Origin: an uncultured archaeon
GTDB lineage: Archaea > Thermoplasmatota > Thermoplasmata > Thermoplasmatales > Thermoplasmataceae
Direction: 5' to 3'
Assembly: GCA_000965745.1 (NCBI GenBank)
Contig: CP009479.1
Coordinates: forward strand, 1,024,001 to 1,088,000
DNA length: 64,000 nucleotides
Notes under the pieces: model-generated
Database searches by the model: none
Told to the model about the DNA's origin: nothing
The model's input: only the letters and a program-made list of their open reading frames with translations
Part shown: positions 29,492 through 39,872 of the stretch, piece by piece
Numbering within the stretch: the first letter of the stretch is position 1
How the letters are laid out: each line of letters starts with the position of its first letter
Position numbers and translations under genes: made by a program

Positions 29492-30103
29492 CTATTTTAT
29501 CAGTCCCAGTCCGGTCATAGCATCTATGAAATACTGTATTGCAAACGCCGCCACAAGGAGGCCGAAAATTCTGGTAAGTGCTTTCATAGGCCTCTCACCT
29601 ACAACGTCCATTATTTTCAGGGAGTAGGTGAAAAATATGTAGACTATCAGGAACACCACCAGAATGGACATCAGCGTGAATATCTCTTCCATCAGGCCGT
29701 TCTTCATAAGTATTATAACAAGGGATATGGCGCCAGGGCCCGCCAGAAGAGGCGTGGCAAATGGCACTATTCCGACATCGGTGGTTCCATTGCTGCTCCT
29801 TGTTGATTTGGGCTTGTCTCCCTCCCGAACCATTTCGATGCCCATGATCAGAAGAATTATTCCTCCTGCTATCTCCAAGGCCTGTATGGATATTCCGAAG
29901 AAGAAGATAATGACATTTCCAAGAACTGCAAAGAACACAAGAATAAGAGAGCCATAGACAACAGCATCTTTCGTCGCAAGCCGCCTTTCTTTTGGAGACA
30001 TGTCAGAGGTCGCCGCCATGAACAGGACCAGTGTTCCGAATGGATCTATAACCACAAACAGCGGTATGAAGATCTCAAGAAAACTCACAACTGCAAGGCT
30101 CAT
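29492..30103 (-). CDS. MarC family membrane protein
   Basis: IDPFG, VPFATPLLAGPGAI, RIFGLL. Confidence 0.92.
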   Translation of the reverse strand: MSLAVVSFLEIFIPLFVVIDPFGTLVLFMAATSDMSPKERRLATKDAVVYGSLILVFFAVLGNVIIFFFGISIQALEIAGGIILLIMGIEMVREGDKPKSTRSSNGTTDVGIVPFATPLLAGPGAISLVIILMKNGLMEEIFTLMSILVVFLIVYIFFTYSLKIMDVVGERPMKALTRIFGLLVAAFAIQYFIDAMTGLGLIK

Positions 30104-30188
30104 GTTTCTGCTGATTAAAATGATGTATTTAAACTGCTTTTAACATTTCGTTGGAAAGTATTTAACTGTACCAGCCATACACTCACGA

Positions 30189-31358
30189 ATGAAGATACTT
30201 GTACTCGGAGTCGATGGTTACATAGGGTGGACACTAGCGCTGAGGTTGCTTTCCCATGGCCACGAAGTTATTGGAGCTGACAATTACATTACAAGGAAAA
30301 GAGTTAATGAAGTAGGTTCTTCCTCTGCCCTCCCGCTCATGTCATTCGGGAGGCGAAACCAGGTCCTGAAGGAGAAGACCGGAAGCAACATCACCATGTA
30401 CAGGGGGGATGTCAGCAACTCAGAATTCATGGACAGGATCATAAAGGAAGAAAAGCCCGATGCCATTGTACATCTGGCTGAGCAAAGGTCAGCCCCCTAC
30501 TCTATGATCGGCCTCAAGCAGGCAAAAGAAACCATGGTCAAGAACATCGTAAGCACGCTTAACCTGGTGTACTCGATGAAGGAGCACATCCCCGGCTCCC
30601 ATCTTCTCAAGCTCGGGACAATGGGGGAATATGGAACCCCGAACATCGACATTCCTGAAGGATTTTTCGAGGTTGAGTACAAGGGCAGAAAGGACTACCT
30701 CCCCTTCCCAAAAAACGCGGGATCATGGTATCACTGGACAAAGGTGCATGATTCAAACAACCTGATGTTTGCAAACAAGGTCTGGGGCCTGAACGTTACC
30801 GATGTGATGCAGGGTGTGGTATACGGCACCAGGACCAGGGAGATTGAAGAAACATCGCTCTATACGAGGTTTGATATTGATGAAGTCTGGGGAACCGCGT
30901 TAAACAGGTTTTGCGCACAGGCGGTTGCCAATCTACCCATCACTCCATACGGAAAAGGCGGGCAGACCCGTGGATTCCTCTCCCTTGAAGACAGTGTCTC
31001 ATGCCTTTCGCTTGCACTTGAAAATCCACCTGAAAAAGGGGAATACAGGGTATTCAACCAGTTCGACGAGCATTACTCGGTGCTTGAGCTCGCGGAAATG
31101 GTAAAATCAGTGTATGAGGAAGAATTCGGCAAGCCAGCCGATATTAAGCACGTCCCCAATCCAAGGGTGGAGAAAGAAGAGCATTATTACAACCCTGAAC
31201 ATGAAAAGCTCAAGAAGCTCGGTTACAGGAGGGCGAGGGAACTGAGGGAGGAAGCGGTCATAATTCTTAACGACCTGGCAAAACACAGGAAGAAGATACT
31301 CAGGTACAAGGACGTTATCACGCCGAGGACATTCTGGTCCAAGAGCAAGAGCCTTTGA
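30189..31358 (+). CDS. agl3: UDP-sulfoquinovose synthase (Agl3/SqdB)
   Basis: GVDGYIGW, EQRSAPYSM, KLGTMGEYGTPNIDIPEG, NPRVEKEEHYYN. Confidence 0.95.
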   Translation: MKILVLGVDGYIGWTLALRLLSHGHEVIGADNYITRKRVNEVGSSSALPLMSFGRRNQVLKEKTGSNITMYRGDVSNSEFMDRIIKEEKPDAIVHLAEQRSAPYSMIGLKQAKETMVKNIVSTLNLVYSMKEHIPGSHLLKLGTMGEYGTPNIDIPEGFFEVEYKGRKDYLPFPKNAGSWYHWTKVHDSNNLMFANKVWGLNVTDVMQGVVYGTRTREIEETSLYTRFDIDEVWGTALNRFCAQAVANLPITPYGKGGQTRGFLSLEDSVSCLSLALENPPEKGEYRVFNQFDEHYSVLELAEMVKSVYEEEFGKPADIKHVPNPRVEKEEHYYNPEHEKLKKLGYRRARELREEAVIILNDLAKHRKKILRYKDVITPRTFWSKSKSL

Positions 31359-31363
31359 TGCCC

Positions 31364-32101
31364 TTACTCGACAAGCCTGAGAGTTCTCCTTAGAATATCG
31401 GCATATTCTTTCGCTATTCCCACACTGACCCAGTTTGGCCGATCAATCTCAATGCCGATTGTGTAGGTTCCCGAAAGTATCATCCTGTTAATTGCGGGGG
31501 TGAGCTCAACATTAGACTCCCTGTCGTCAATGAAGTCAAGAATGCCCCTTGTGAACGCATAGAATGCGGTCAGGGCGAGTGAAGAAGGCGGGGTTGTTGA
31601 TTTTTCCACAACCTCGGTTACCCTGTATCTTCCTCCGTCCCGGTCAACCCTTGCGGTTCCATATCTCTGAGGATTTGGAACCCGGAAAAGGGTCAGCACG
31701 TTTCTGTCCCTGTTCTCCACGGCAGTCTTGACAACCATGTCAATATGCTCCTGGGGGAGTATCATGCCGTCTCCGGCATTAAGAATAAAGGGCTCACCGT
31801 TAACGTATGGCCTGGCCTTCAGGACAGCATCACCAAAGCCTTTCTTCTCTCTCTGGTATGCAAAATCCACTTCGTCGAACTCGTTTTCAATGTACTCTTT
31901 TGTGTATTTGTCTTCAGGGTCAACAACAACCACGAAGCCGTTTATCCCGGCATTCTCCAGCCTGTGCATAATGCAGTCTATCATCGGCCGCAGAACCAGC
32001 TCTCCGCCCCTTCTGTCATAAACGGGCAACATCTCTTTCCTGAGTTTACCATCAAGTCCGGACCTTGTTCCAAGGCCTGCTGCGGTTATGACTGCTTTCA
32101 T
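31364..32101 (-). CDS. sugar-phosphate nucleotidyltransferase
   Basis: MKAVITAAGLGTR, KEMLP, VEK. Confidence 0.88.
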   Translation of the reverse strand: MKAVITAAGLGTRSGLDGKLRKEMLPVYDRRGGELVLRPMIDCIMHRLENAGINGFVVVVDPEDKYTKEYIENEFDEVDFAYQREKKGFGDAVLKARPYVNGEPFILNAGDGMILPQEHIDMVVKTAVENRDRNVLTLFRVPNPQRYGTARVDRDGGRYRVTEVVEKSTTPPSSLALTAFYAFTRGILDFIDDRESNVELTPAINRMILSGTYTIGIEIDRPNWVSVGIAKEYADILRRTLRLVE

Positions 32102-32297
32102 TTTAACGTTGGAATATCGCCTGACGTGGTTAATACTTTATGGGCTCACTTTTAAAGTGTTCCAGGGTAAGCCTACCATCAGGGCCGGGAAAATAATGCT
32201 TATTCTGCGGGGGAGTATCCGGAAGATTTTGGCTCACAGCGAAAAGACACTTGCTCCGGGGCGAAACCAATAATATACTCGTGCACAATTACTGAGC

Positions 32298-33560
32298 ATG
32301 CCCGAAGCCCATCCGGACTTTTTCACCATGGACGACTTTGATCTCGAGGGTAAGACCGTTTTTGTACGCATAGATGTAAACTCCCCCATACACCCGGAAA
32401 CAAAGGAAGTACTCGGCAACAGCAGGTTTAAATCACATCTCGAGACAATAAACGCCCTCAGAAACTCTAAGGTCGTGCTTATAACACACCAAAGCAGGCC
32501 GGGAACATATGACTTTACAACAACGAGGCAGCACGCAGCCGTATTGAGGCGCCTCACTGGAAGGGATGTGAAGTATGTGGACGCCCTCTTCGGAAAAAAT
32601 GTTGAAGAAGAGGTAAGGGGGATGAGCAAGGGCGACATCATAATGCTTGAAAACAGCAGATTCTACTCCGAGGAGACCGCGATCGATCCTTCTGACCTGG
32701 ACGCAATGATGACAAGCAACATTGTCGAGAAGCTGTCCCCCCTCATGGATTATTACATCATAGACGCCTTTCCGGCGATACACAGGTCCCAGACCACTCT
32801 GGTGGGGTTCTGCAAAGCCGTCCCGAACATCGCAGGCAAGCTTATAGAGAAGGAAATCTCCATGCTGGAGAAATTCAGGTCCGGAACTGACCACCCCAAA
32901 ATTGCAATTCTCGGTGGATCAAAGATTGAAGACTCGATTACAGTCTCCAAGAGCTTTCTTGAGAAAGGCATAGTTGACACAATCATCACAGGCGGAGTGG
33001 TGGGAAACGCCTTTCTATGGGCCAGCGGCATCGACATTGGAAAGAAGAACCGGGACTTCATTCTCAAGAACAACAAGAATCATGAGAAGCTGCTTGATAC
33101 CGCCAAATTCCTGGTGAGTAAGTACAGGGACAGGATATTGGTGCCACAGGATGTGGTCCTGAACCCCTCTGGAAAAAGGGTCAAGATAGGTGAAAACGGA
33201 GTTGACGGGGAGATCATGGCCGATATAGGGCTCGACACAGTTGTAGTGTATTCGGAGGCCATAATGAACTCCAAAGCCATTTTCATGAACGGCCCGATGG
33301 GTATGTACGAACTGGACAGGTATTCGGTCGGCACCAGGGAGATAATGAGCTTTGTGGCCAGGACCAACGCACTCAAGATAGTGGGCGGAGGGCATACCCT
33401 CGGTGCCCTGGAAAAGCTTGACATGCTTCACAAGATCGACCATGCATCATCCGGGGGAGGTTCCCTGATAAGCTATTTATCGGGCGAACCAATGCCAGTG
33501 ATAGAAGCTCTGAAGAGGAGCAAATCACACTTCAAGGGGAATTTAGATGGCAGAAGATGA
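32298..33560 (+). CDS. pgk: phosphoglycerate kinase
   Basis: RIDVNSP, HQSRP, LENSRF, GGSK, NGPMG, GGGH. Confidence 0.96.
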   Translation: MPEAHPDFFTMDDFDLEGKTVFVRIDVNSPIHPETKEVLGNSRFKSHLETINALRNSKVVLITHQSRPGTYDFTTTRQHAAVLRRLTGRDVKYVDALFGKNVEEEVRGMSKGDIIMLENSRFYSEETAIDPSDLDAMMTSNIVEKLSPLMDYYIIDAFPAIHRSQTTLVGFCKAVPNIAGKLIEKEISMLEKFRSGTDHPKIAILGGSKIEDSITVSKSFLEKGIVDTIITGGVVGNAFLWASGIDIGKKNRDFILKNNKNHEKLLDTAKFLVSKYRDRILVPQDVVLNPSGKRVKIGENGVDGEIMADIGLDTVVVYSEAIMNSKAIFMNGPMGMYELDRYSVGTREIMSFVARTNALKIVGGGHTLGALEKLDMLHKIDHASSGGGSLISYLSGEPMPVIEALKRSKSHFKGNLDGRR

Positions 33561-33969
33561 ACAACAGCAATATGATCCAATGTATGAGATAAACTATATG
33601 CGCTCCCTGCTCGAATCCATCGACAACCAGATGAACACTCTTAGCAGGGGTCTGGAAGAATTGAAGAGGGCATTCTACGTCCTGAAGGACCAGAATATTG
33701 AAACATCCCCGGAAACACGCGTTTCCATAGGTGCAGGAATATTTGCCAATGCGAAGGTCGAGACTGAAAAGGACCTTCTTGTGCCGATAGGCTCCAGCAT
33801 TTATGTTGAGGAAAACAAGGACAAGACCATAGAAAGGCTCGACAACAACATAAAAGAGGTTGAAAACTCACTTACAGGCATGGGCAACCAGAGGGCTGAG
33901 ATTTCAAATAGGTACCAGACCCTTCTGTCCCTGGTTCAGCAGCAGGGTTCAGGGGAAGATCAGGAATAG
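33547..33969 (+). CDS. pfdA: prefoldin subunit alpha
   Basis: Coiled coils flanking two beta hairpins (VSIGAG, VPIGS); directly upstream of ftsY. Confidence 0.88.
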   Translation: MAEDEQQQYDPMYEINYMRSLLESIDNQMNTLSRGLEELKRAFYVLKDQNIETSPETRVSIGAGIFANAKVETEKDLLVPIGSSIYVEENKDKTIERLDNNIKEVENSLTGMGNQRAEISNRYQTLLSLVQQQGSGEDQE

Positions 33970-33976
33970 TCTCAAT

Positions 33977-34852
33977 ATGTTTGACCGCTTCAAGAAGAGG
34001 GTAAAAGAATCATTTCCAGAGGATGAAACGCCTTCGGTTATCAGAAAGGATGAACTTGAGGACAAGGTAAGAAACATACTTCTTGAAGCGGACGTGTCAT
34101 ACGACTCGGCCGGGAAAATTGTTGAAATGTTCAGAGATCGGCTGGGAAAAGTAAAGAAGAAGATAGATTACCAGCTAGTGCTTGAAGAGCTGAAGGAAAC
34201 AATAAGGGAGGTTCTTTCAGCTCAGGACTCGGACCTGGACTTTCTTTCCCCCGGAAAATCACCCTATGTCGTACTGTTCCTGGGAATAAACGGCACGGGA
34301 AAAACAACCACTGTGGCCAAGCTTGCCACCTACGTGAAGAAGAACGGCAAGAGGGTGGTGCTCGCAGCCTCAGATACATTCCGTGCGGGTGCGATTGAAC
34401 AGCTTACCCAGCTGGGGGAGAACATCGGCGTAAACGTCATAAAACACGTGGCAAAGAGCGACCCTTCTTCTGTGGCATACGACGCAATAGAACACGCCAG
34501 GGCAAGGAACCTGGACTATGTGCTGATAGACTCTGCGGGCAGAATGCAGACCAACAGGAACCTGATAGATGAGATGAAGAAGATCAAAAGGGTGTCGAAA
34601 CCCGATCTCACAGTTCTTGTTCTGGACTCGATGATCGGGCAGGATGCGGTGCATCAGGCAGAGACATTCATGAAGGAGACTCCATTTGACGGGATAATTC
34701 TCACAAAACTTGACACAGACGCCAGGGGAGGGGCAATCATCACCATAGCACTGGAACTGGAGAAACCGATCTATTTTGTAGGCATTGGCCAGAAAATGGA
34801 CGACATAATTCCCTTCGACGTTGAATGGTATCTGGATAAAATAATTCCCTGA
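33977..34852 (+). CDS. ftsY: SRP receptor FtsY
   Basis: GINGTGKTT, DTFRAGAIEQL, DSAGR, TKLD. ATG at 33977 (MFDRFKK). Confidence 0.96.
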   Translation: MFDRFKKRVKESFPEDETPSVIRKDELEDKVRNILLEADVSYDSAGKIVEMFRDRLGKVKKKIDYQLVLEELKETIREVLSAQDSDLDFLSPGKSPYVVLFLGINGTGKTTTVAKLATYVKKNGKRVVLAASDTFRAGAIEQLTQLGENIGVNVIKHVAKSDPSSVAYDAIEHARARNLDYVLIDSAGRMQTNRNLIDEMKKIKRVSKPDLTVLVLDSMIGQDAVHQAETFMKETPFDGIILTKLDTDARGGAIITIALELEKPIYFVGIGQKMDDIIPFDVEWYLDKIIP

Positions 34853-35527
34853 TCACTTCAGGGAAGACATCACTTCAATTATTTTCTTCACGTTCAGGTC
34901 AGTATTTATCAGGGGTATGTTCTCAATGTTTGCAAGCTTGACTGCGAGGTCATCCACCCTGTCAGGCTGTATGTAAACCACCGCCGCGGGCTTTAGTGGA
35001 TGCACTCTTATGGCTATCATCGGGCTTCGTCCAAGCTTAACTTCAGTGAAGAATATGATTCTCTGGCTCGACCAGCCATATAGAATGTTGTATTCAGAGT
35101 ATGAGAATGAGAGTATTCCCTTGATTCCATCGACAATGGTGTAACCTCTCACAGAACGGTTCAGGCCGGACGAGGAAACATTGGTTCCGCTGATCAGCCT
35201 TACGACACGCTCCAGGGGCACATCGTGATCGTAGTCTGTAATGTCTATAATAGCGTCAGATGGCATTCCGCTGTTGTACCTTCTAAGGATCTGGCCTCCC
35301 CTTGAACGGTCAATTTCAACAAACGATTCAACAATCCTCTTTACTGAACTGACACCAGGAGACTTCCTCCTTCCAGATTCATAGTCACTTATAACAGATG
35401 GCGATATTCCCAGGTGCTTGGAAAGCTCAAGCTGTGATATCTTGAATTCCTCCCTCCATTTCCTCAGGGTTTCTCCGGGGCTATCGGAAATGGTAATCTC
35501 TCCAGCGATCTTTTCTTCAATTTCCAT
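34853..35527 (-). CDS. archaeal XRE-type HTH regulator (COG1709-like)
   Basis: IAGEITISDSPGETLRKWRE, SVISDYESGRRKSPG, GRSPMIAIRV. Confidence 0.88.
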   Translation of the reverse strand: MEIEEKIAGEITISDSPGETLRKWREEFKISQLELSKHLGISPSVISDYESGRRKSPGVSSVKRIVESFVEIDRSRGGQILRRYNSGMPSDAIIDITDYDHDVPLERVVRLISGTNVSSSGLNRSVRGYTIVDGIKGILSFSYSEYNILYGWSSQRIIFFTEVKLGRSPMIAIRVHPLKPAAVVYIQPDRVDDLAVKLANIENIPLINTDLNVKKIIEVMSSLK

Positions 35528-35594
35528 CTAACCCGATAACTGATAGGTTAGTATAAATCTGTCGAAGTGCATATCGCTGAAAGTCGTATTTATC

Positions 35595-37226
35595 CTATAT
35601 CTTTATCTCCCTCTTCAGGCCCATTATTCTTTTGGAGAATATCCTGCGGTCCATCTCCTTGAGGTCATTGGATATCTTTGGCCTGAAATCCATCCTCCCT
35701 GTTATGTCTCTGTCTATATCAACGCCCGGTGCATATTCAACAAGCTCTATGCCGTTGTAAACGAGCTTGAAAACTGCCCTTTCGGTTACGTAAAGTACTT
35801 CTTTGTTATTTTTCATGGCCTGGGTGCCGCTGAACAGGACTTTATATACCCCACTGACAAACTTGGTAATTTCACCATCCTCACTGATCACAAGCTTCCC
35901 GTTTCTTACTTTAATGTTACTCTTCCCCGCGGTAAAACCTCCGGAGAAGAATATTCTGGGGGCACCAGCACAAATTGCCGGGAAGCCCCCGGGCCCGGGC
36001 ATCCTGTCTGCAAGTATTGAGGGATTGACATCACCATCGGTGTCGATCTCCATGAACCCCAGAGCTGCCATGTCATTTATTCCACCTTCATAGATGATGA
36101 ACTGGTCAGGCATGGGGATTGCCGCAAATGGCCCAATCGACGCGCCGAAATTCTCATCCGCAAGGGGTATTCCCCCCCACAGTCCAGACTCGATGGTAGA
36201 GTACGTAAGCTCAGACAGGCCTTCCTGGTGAAGTATGCCCGGCATTGCCGAGGGTATACCGACTCCGAGGCTCATTACAATGGGCCTTCCCATCTTGTTT
36301 ATGAGTTTCACTATTTCCAGTGCAAGCCTCCTTTCAATCACATTCCTGTATGTGACCTCCCCCTTGACTCCACCTTCCTGCGACTCCGGCGGGATCACTG
36401 CTCCCGAAATTCTCGGATCGTACTCCTTGGCGGCGGTCTGCCACTCAAAACTTTCAGGGGATACAACCGCATAATCAAGAATAGGCCCCGGTATCTCCAC
36501 ATTCTTTGCATTGAGAGAACCGAACCTTGCAACACGCTTCACCTGGGCAAATGATATTCCGGGGTTTGGATATGCCTTGGCCGACTGGGTCATGTTAAGA
36601 ACAGTGCCGAAGATGCTTTCATTTTCCATGGTTATGTTTCCAATCTCATCAGCGGTAGTTCCCCTCACAAGTGAGACATCGGGCTTTGGGGCCCGGTAAA
36701 GGAGAAATTCCTCGCCATTGACTGTTACCAGCTGAGAATAACATCTGGATGCCTTCCTTGCCTTGTCGTTCATGGCGCCCTTGTCCTCTCTTGGGTCCAG
36801 GTATGTTCCAAGGCCGGTCTTCGTCATGATTCCGGGTCTTCCTGCAGCTACTTCTCTGAACCATCCCACAACTGTACCTATGCTGAAGCTGTATGTTTCC
36901 AACCTGTCCTCAACACACAGTCTCTGGAGCCATGGCGCGAAACCCATGTACGGAATGAGTATCCCTTTCATGAAATCGCTGTCATCTTCCCTGTAGAGTT
37001 TTTCAGAAACATAATCTATGGCCCTGCCGGGGACTCCGGGGAGGCTGTCTGCGATCACAAACAGGTCCTTCGGGTGCCCGGTTTTTTTATAGTGCTCATA
37101 GAGCTTTATAATGAGATATTCGGGCGTGGTTGCCATGTTGAATCCCGAAATGGCAATGTTGGACCCATCCTTTATCTGGTCAAACGAGTCAAAAACCTCT
37201 TTTTCCGAGTAAAGTAGTCTGGCCAT
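35595..37226 (-). CDS. fused family I acyl-CoA transferase (YdiF/Pct-like)
   Basis: TGLGTYLDPR, LGVGIP, IESG catalytic Glu, YVTERAVF. ATG at 37226. Confidence 0.9.
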   Translation of the reverse strand: MARLLYSEKEVFDSFDQIKDGSNIAISGFNMATTPEYLIIKLYEHYKKTGHPKDLFVIADSLPGVPGRAIDYVSEKLYREDDSDFMKGILIPYMGFAPWLQRLCVEDRLETYSFSIGTVVGWFREVAAGRPGIMTKTGLGTYLDPREDKGAMNDKARKASRCYSQLVTVNGEEFLLYRAPKPDVSLVRGTTADEIGNITMENESIFGTVLNMTQSAKAYPNPGISFAQVKRVARFGSLNAKNVEIPGPILDYAVVSPESFEWQTAAKEYDPRISGAVIPPESQEGGVKGEVTYRNVIERRLALEIVKLINKMGRPIVMSLGVGIPSAMPGILHQEGLSELTYSTIESGLWGGIPLADENFGASIGPFAAIPMPDQFIIYEGGINDMAALGFMEIDTDGDVNPSILADRMPGPGGFPAICAGAPRIFFSGGFTAGKSNIKVRNGKLVISEDGEITKFVSGVYKVLFSGTQAMKNNKEVLYVTERAVFKLVYNGIELVEYAPGVDIDRDITGRMDFRPKISNDLKEMDRRIFSKRIMGLKREIKI

Positions 37227-37338
37227 ACCATATGTAATCAGCAGTTTACTTATAAATACCATTCCACACCTGTAATAAGCCGTATACTCATGAGCACGTG
37301 TAATACAGTGTCAAGACACTATTTAAGGGCCTTATGGA

Positions 37339-37518
37339 ATGGAAGACTATATATATCTGGACTGGATGTATAGATGTCCTCAAAGTGGACATGTGATATT
37401 TTGGGAAAGAAGCCAGACAGTGGTTTATTTTGAAGAAAAGACAGATATAAAGGCTGTAGCTACGAAAAACAAGTCGAAAGGGGCTCTCGGTTCTTTCAAG
37501 AACGGTGGTCTATTTTAG
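37339..37518 (+). CDS. putative 59-aa protein upstream of GNAT (below ORF-track cutoff)
   Basis: Manual translation MEDYIYLDWMYRCPQSGHVIFWERSQTVVYFEEKTDIKAVATKNKSKGALGSFKNGGLF; TATTTAAG about 20 nt upstream. Confidence 0.4.
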   Translation: MEDYIYLDWMYRCPQSGHVIFWERSQTVVYFEEKTDIKAVATKNKSKGALGSFKNGGLF

Positions 37519-38032
37519 GGCAAAGAAAGCCCTGACAAGTCACGGCCAGTCTTGCCTGAGTGAAAGCCTCCTCTCCTATCTTGTCCTGCCTGATGGGGTC
37601 AGATTCATCTCGTCGGATGATATGGGCAAGGAATTCAAAACTGGGGAAGACCTGATGGATCGTTATGATCTCTCATACTATTACAGGAGATCTCTTGAAC
37701 CCGGAACAATCGTGATGGTCCTGGAGCATAATCAGGAGGTCGCTGGGCTTAGCCTGCTGGTCGTCGATGACAATACATTGACCATCGAGATGCTCGCCAA
37801 GAACATGAATGTCAAGAGATCGGGTGTTGGCGCAGAAATACTTGGGTGCATTGAGGAAACCATAGCTGACCAGCTAATGGTAAATGAGATCCGGCTGGAA
37901 TCACTGAACAGAAAGAAACTCCTGAACTTCTACAACCGGATGGGGTTCATCAGTTACGGGCCGCCATCTCTTGATCGTGAATGGGGGATAATCTTTCCAA
38001 TGAGAAAGAGAATAGTTTCCCTTGAGAACTGA
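37505..38032 (+). CDS. GNAT family N-acetyltransferase (start uncertain)
   Basis: IEMLAKN...RSGVGAEIL acetyl-CoA loop, FYNRMGF. Confidence 0.8.
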   Translation: MVYFRAKKALTSHGQSCLSESLLSYLVLPDGVRFISSDDMGKEFKTGEDLMDRYDLSYYYRRSLEPGTIVMVLEHNQEVAGLSLLVVDDNTLTIEMLAKNMNVKRSGVGAEILGCIEETIADQLMVNEIRLESLNRKKLLNFYNRMGFISYGPPSLDREWGIIFPMRKRIVSLEN

Positions 38033-38224
38033 AAGCGGCTCAATTTTTTTTCACTTCGCTTTTTAAAATCATTTGAAAAACCAGGAAAAATTCTGTTACT
38101 TATATCCAGAGATAACTATTTCACTATAGCTTACATTACCCGTTACTCTGGCGGAACACATCTTAGAGAAGACATGACCTGCCTCCTCCCGTCTCTGTCA
38201 CTGTAATATGCAAGTGTGATACAG

Positions 38225-39670
38225 ATGGATTACAAGTGGGTTGCACTGAGCAACACTACTCTCGGGGTATTGATGGCCTCTCTGGACATCAACATCGTTC
38301 TTATAGCACTCCCCAGCATCGGTGCTGATCTTAAGGGAATGAATGCTTTCAACGTCCTGTGGGTGATTCTCGGGTATCAGCTCGTGATCGCTTCTGTACT
38401 TGTGAATTTCGGCCGCCTTTCCGATATGTTCGGAAGGGTGAAATTATACACTCTCGGTTTTGCACTTTTCACCATAGGTTCCGGTTTATGCAGCATCTCG
38501 ACCACCGCAGACCAGTTGATTGCTTTCAGGGTGGTCCAGGCAACAGGATCGGCATTTCTCTTTTCAAACAGCGCAGCAATAATAACAGATGCGTTCCCGA
38601 CCCAGGAAAGGGGAAGGGCACTTGGAATCAATCAGGTGTCGATCGTTGCCGGATCTGTTGCTGGACTCGTCCTCGGAGGGGCACTTACAACAATCATAGG
38701 GTGGCGGGCAATATTCTGGGTTAACCTTCCAATTGGAATTTTTGCCACACTATGGTCACACTTCAAGCTCAAGGAACTGGCCAAGATACCCACGGAACAC
38801 AAGCTCGACATAGGCGGCAATCTGACTTTCGCATTTGGCCTCCTGACGCTTCTTCTGGCAGTCACCCTGAATGCGATTCTTGGCCTCGGCACATTTCTTA
38901 CTGTTATTTTCCTTCTGGTATCACTGGCCTTCTTCATGACCTTCATAAGAATTGAAAGGAGGGTAAAGAGCCCGATGTTTGACCTGGACCTGTTCAAGAA
39001 CAGGGTATTCACTTCCGGAAACGAGACAATATTCCTCAACGCATTGGCACGGGGCTCATTCTCACTGGTAATGGTATTCTATCTTCAGGGGCCCCTCATG
39101 CGCCTGTCTCCGCTCGCAGCCGGCCTTTTTCTTATCCCGCTTTCTGTGTCACTGTCCGTGATGGGTCCCATAAGCGGCGCACTTTCAGACAGGTACGGCT
39201 TCAGGCCGCTGGTCCTCATAGGCCTCGCCATGTCTGCAGTAGGCTTCATTATCATGACCGGGATCGGGGAGTCCGTGACTCAGCGGGAGATCCTGCTTCC
39301 TCTGATACTAATAGGCGGTGGCATCGGGATTTTCGCATCGCCAAACAGGTCCTCAATCATGAATTCGGTTCCATGGTACAGGAGGGGTGTGGCTTCAGGA
39401 ATAAGCACAACACTAATAAATGCAGGAAACACGATGAGTATAGGCCTGGCCTTTCTGTTCATGAGCCTTGTTACCCCGAAATACATTCTTGATCTGATAT
39501 TCTCAGGGATGCCGGTTTCCCAGACCTCATTTTCACCTGCAAATTTCCTGATATCAGTTCACATAGTATTCTACGCTTCCGCTGCAATGCTGTTTCTAGC
39601 CATCCTGATATACGCCATAGGGCCAAAGCACGCCTCTCCAAAAGATACGGCAAAGGCCAAAATCTCTTGA
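38225..39670 (+). CDS. MFS drug:H+ antiporter, DHA2 (14-TM) family
   Basis: ASLDINIVLIALPSI, GRLSDMFGR, GWRAIFWVNLPIG. Confidence 0.92.
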   Translation: MDYKWVALSNTTLGVLMASLDINIVLIALPSIGADLKGMNAFNVLWVILGYQLVIASVLVNFGRLSDMFGRVKLYTLGFALFTIGSGLCSISTTADQLIAFRVVQATGSAFLFSNSAAIITDAFPTQERGRALGINQVSIVAGSVAGLVLGGALTTIIGWRAIFWVNLPIGIFATLWSHFKLKELAKIPTEHKLDIGGNLTFAFGLLTLLLAVTLNAILGLGTFLTVIFLLVSLAFFMTFIRIERRVKSPMFDLDLFKNRVFTSGNETIFLNALARGSFSLVMVFYLQGPLMRLSPLAAGLFLIPLSVSLSVMGPISGALSDRYGFRPLVLIGLAMSAVGFIIMTGIGESVTQREILLPLILIGGGIGIFASPNRSSIMNSVPWYRRGVASGISTTLINAGNTMSIGLAFLFMSLVTPKYILDLIFSGMPVSQTSFSPANFLISVHIVFYASAAMLFLAILIYAIGPKHASPKDTAKAKIS

Positions 39671-39872
39671 AATATGAGTGGTAGTCAACGGGGCGGGGTC
39701 TCTCCTGCAAAATTAGCTGGAAACTCTCAAAAAATTTATAAGTAATATATCTCCATGATCTGATGAGTGCGCCTGGCATTATATCCGATGTGGGCAGAAG
39801 GCTAGCATTAAAATGGAAAGTGTGCCATAGCGCGGAGCAGTTCTGCCTTTAAATAGTTATATGGTGATTAAA

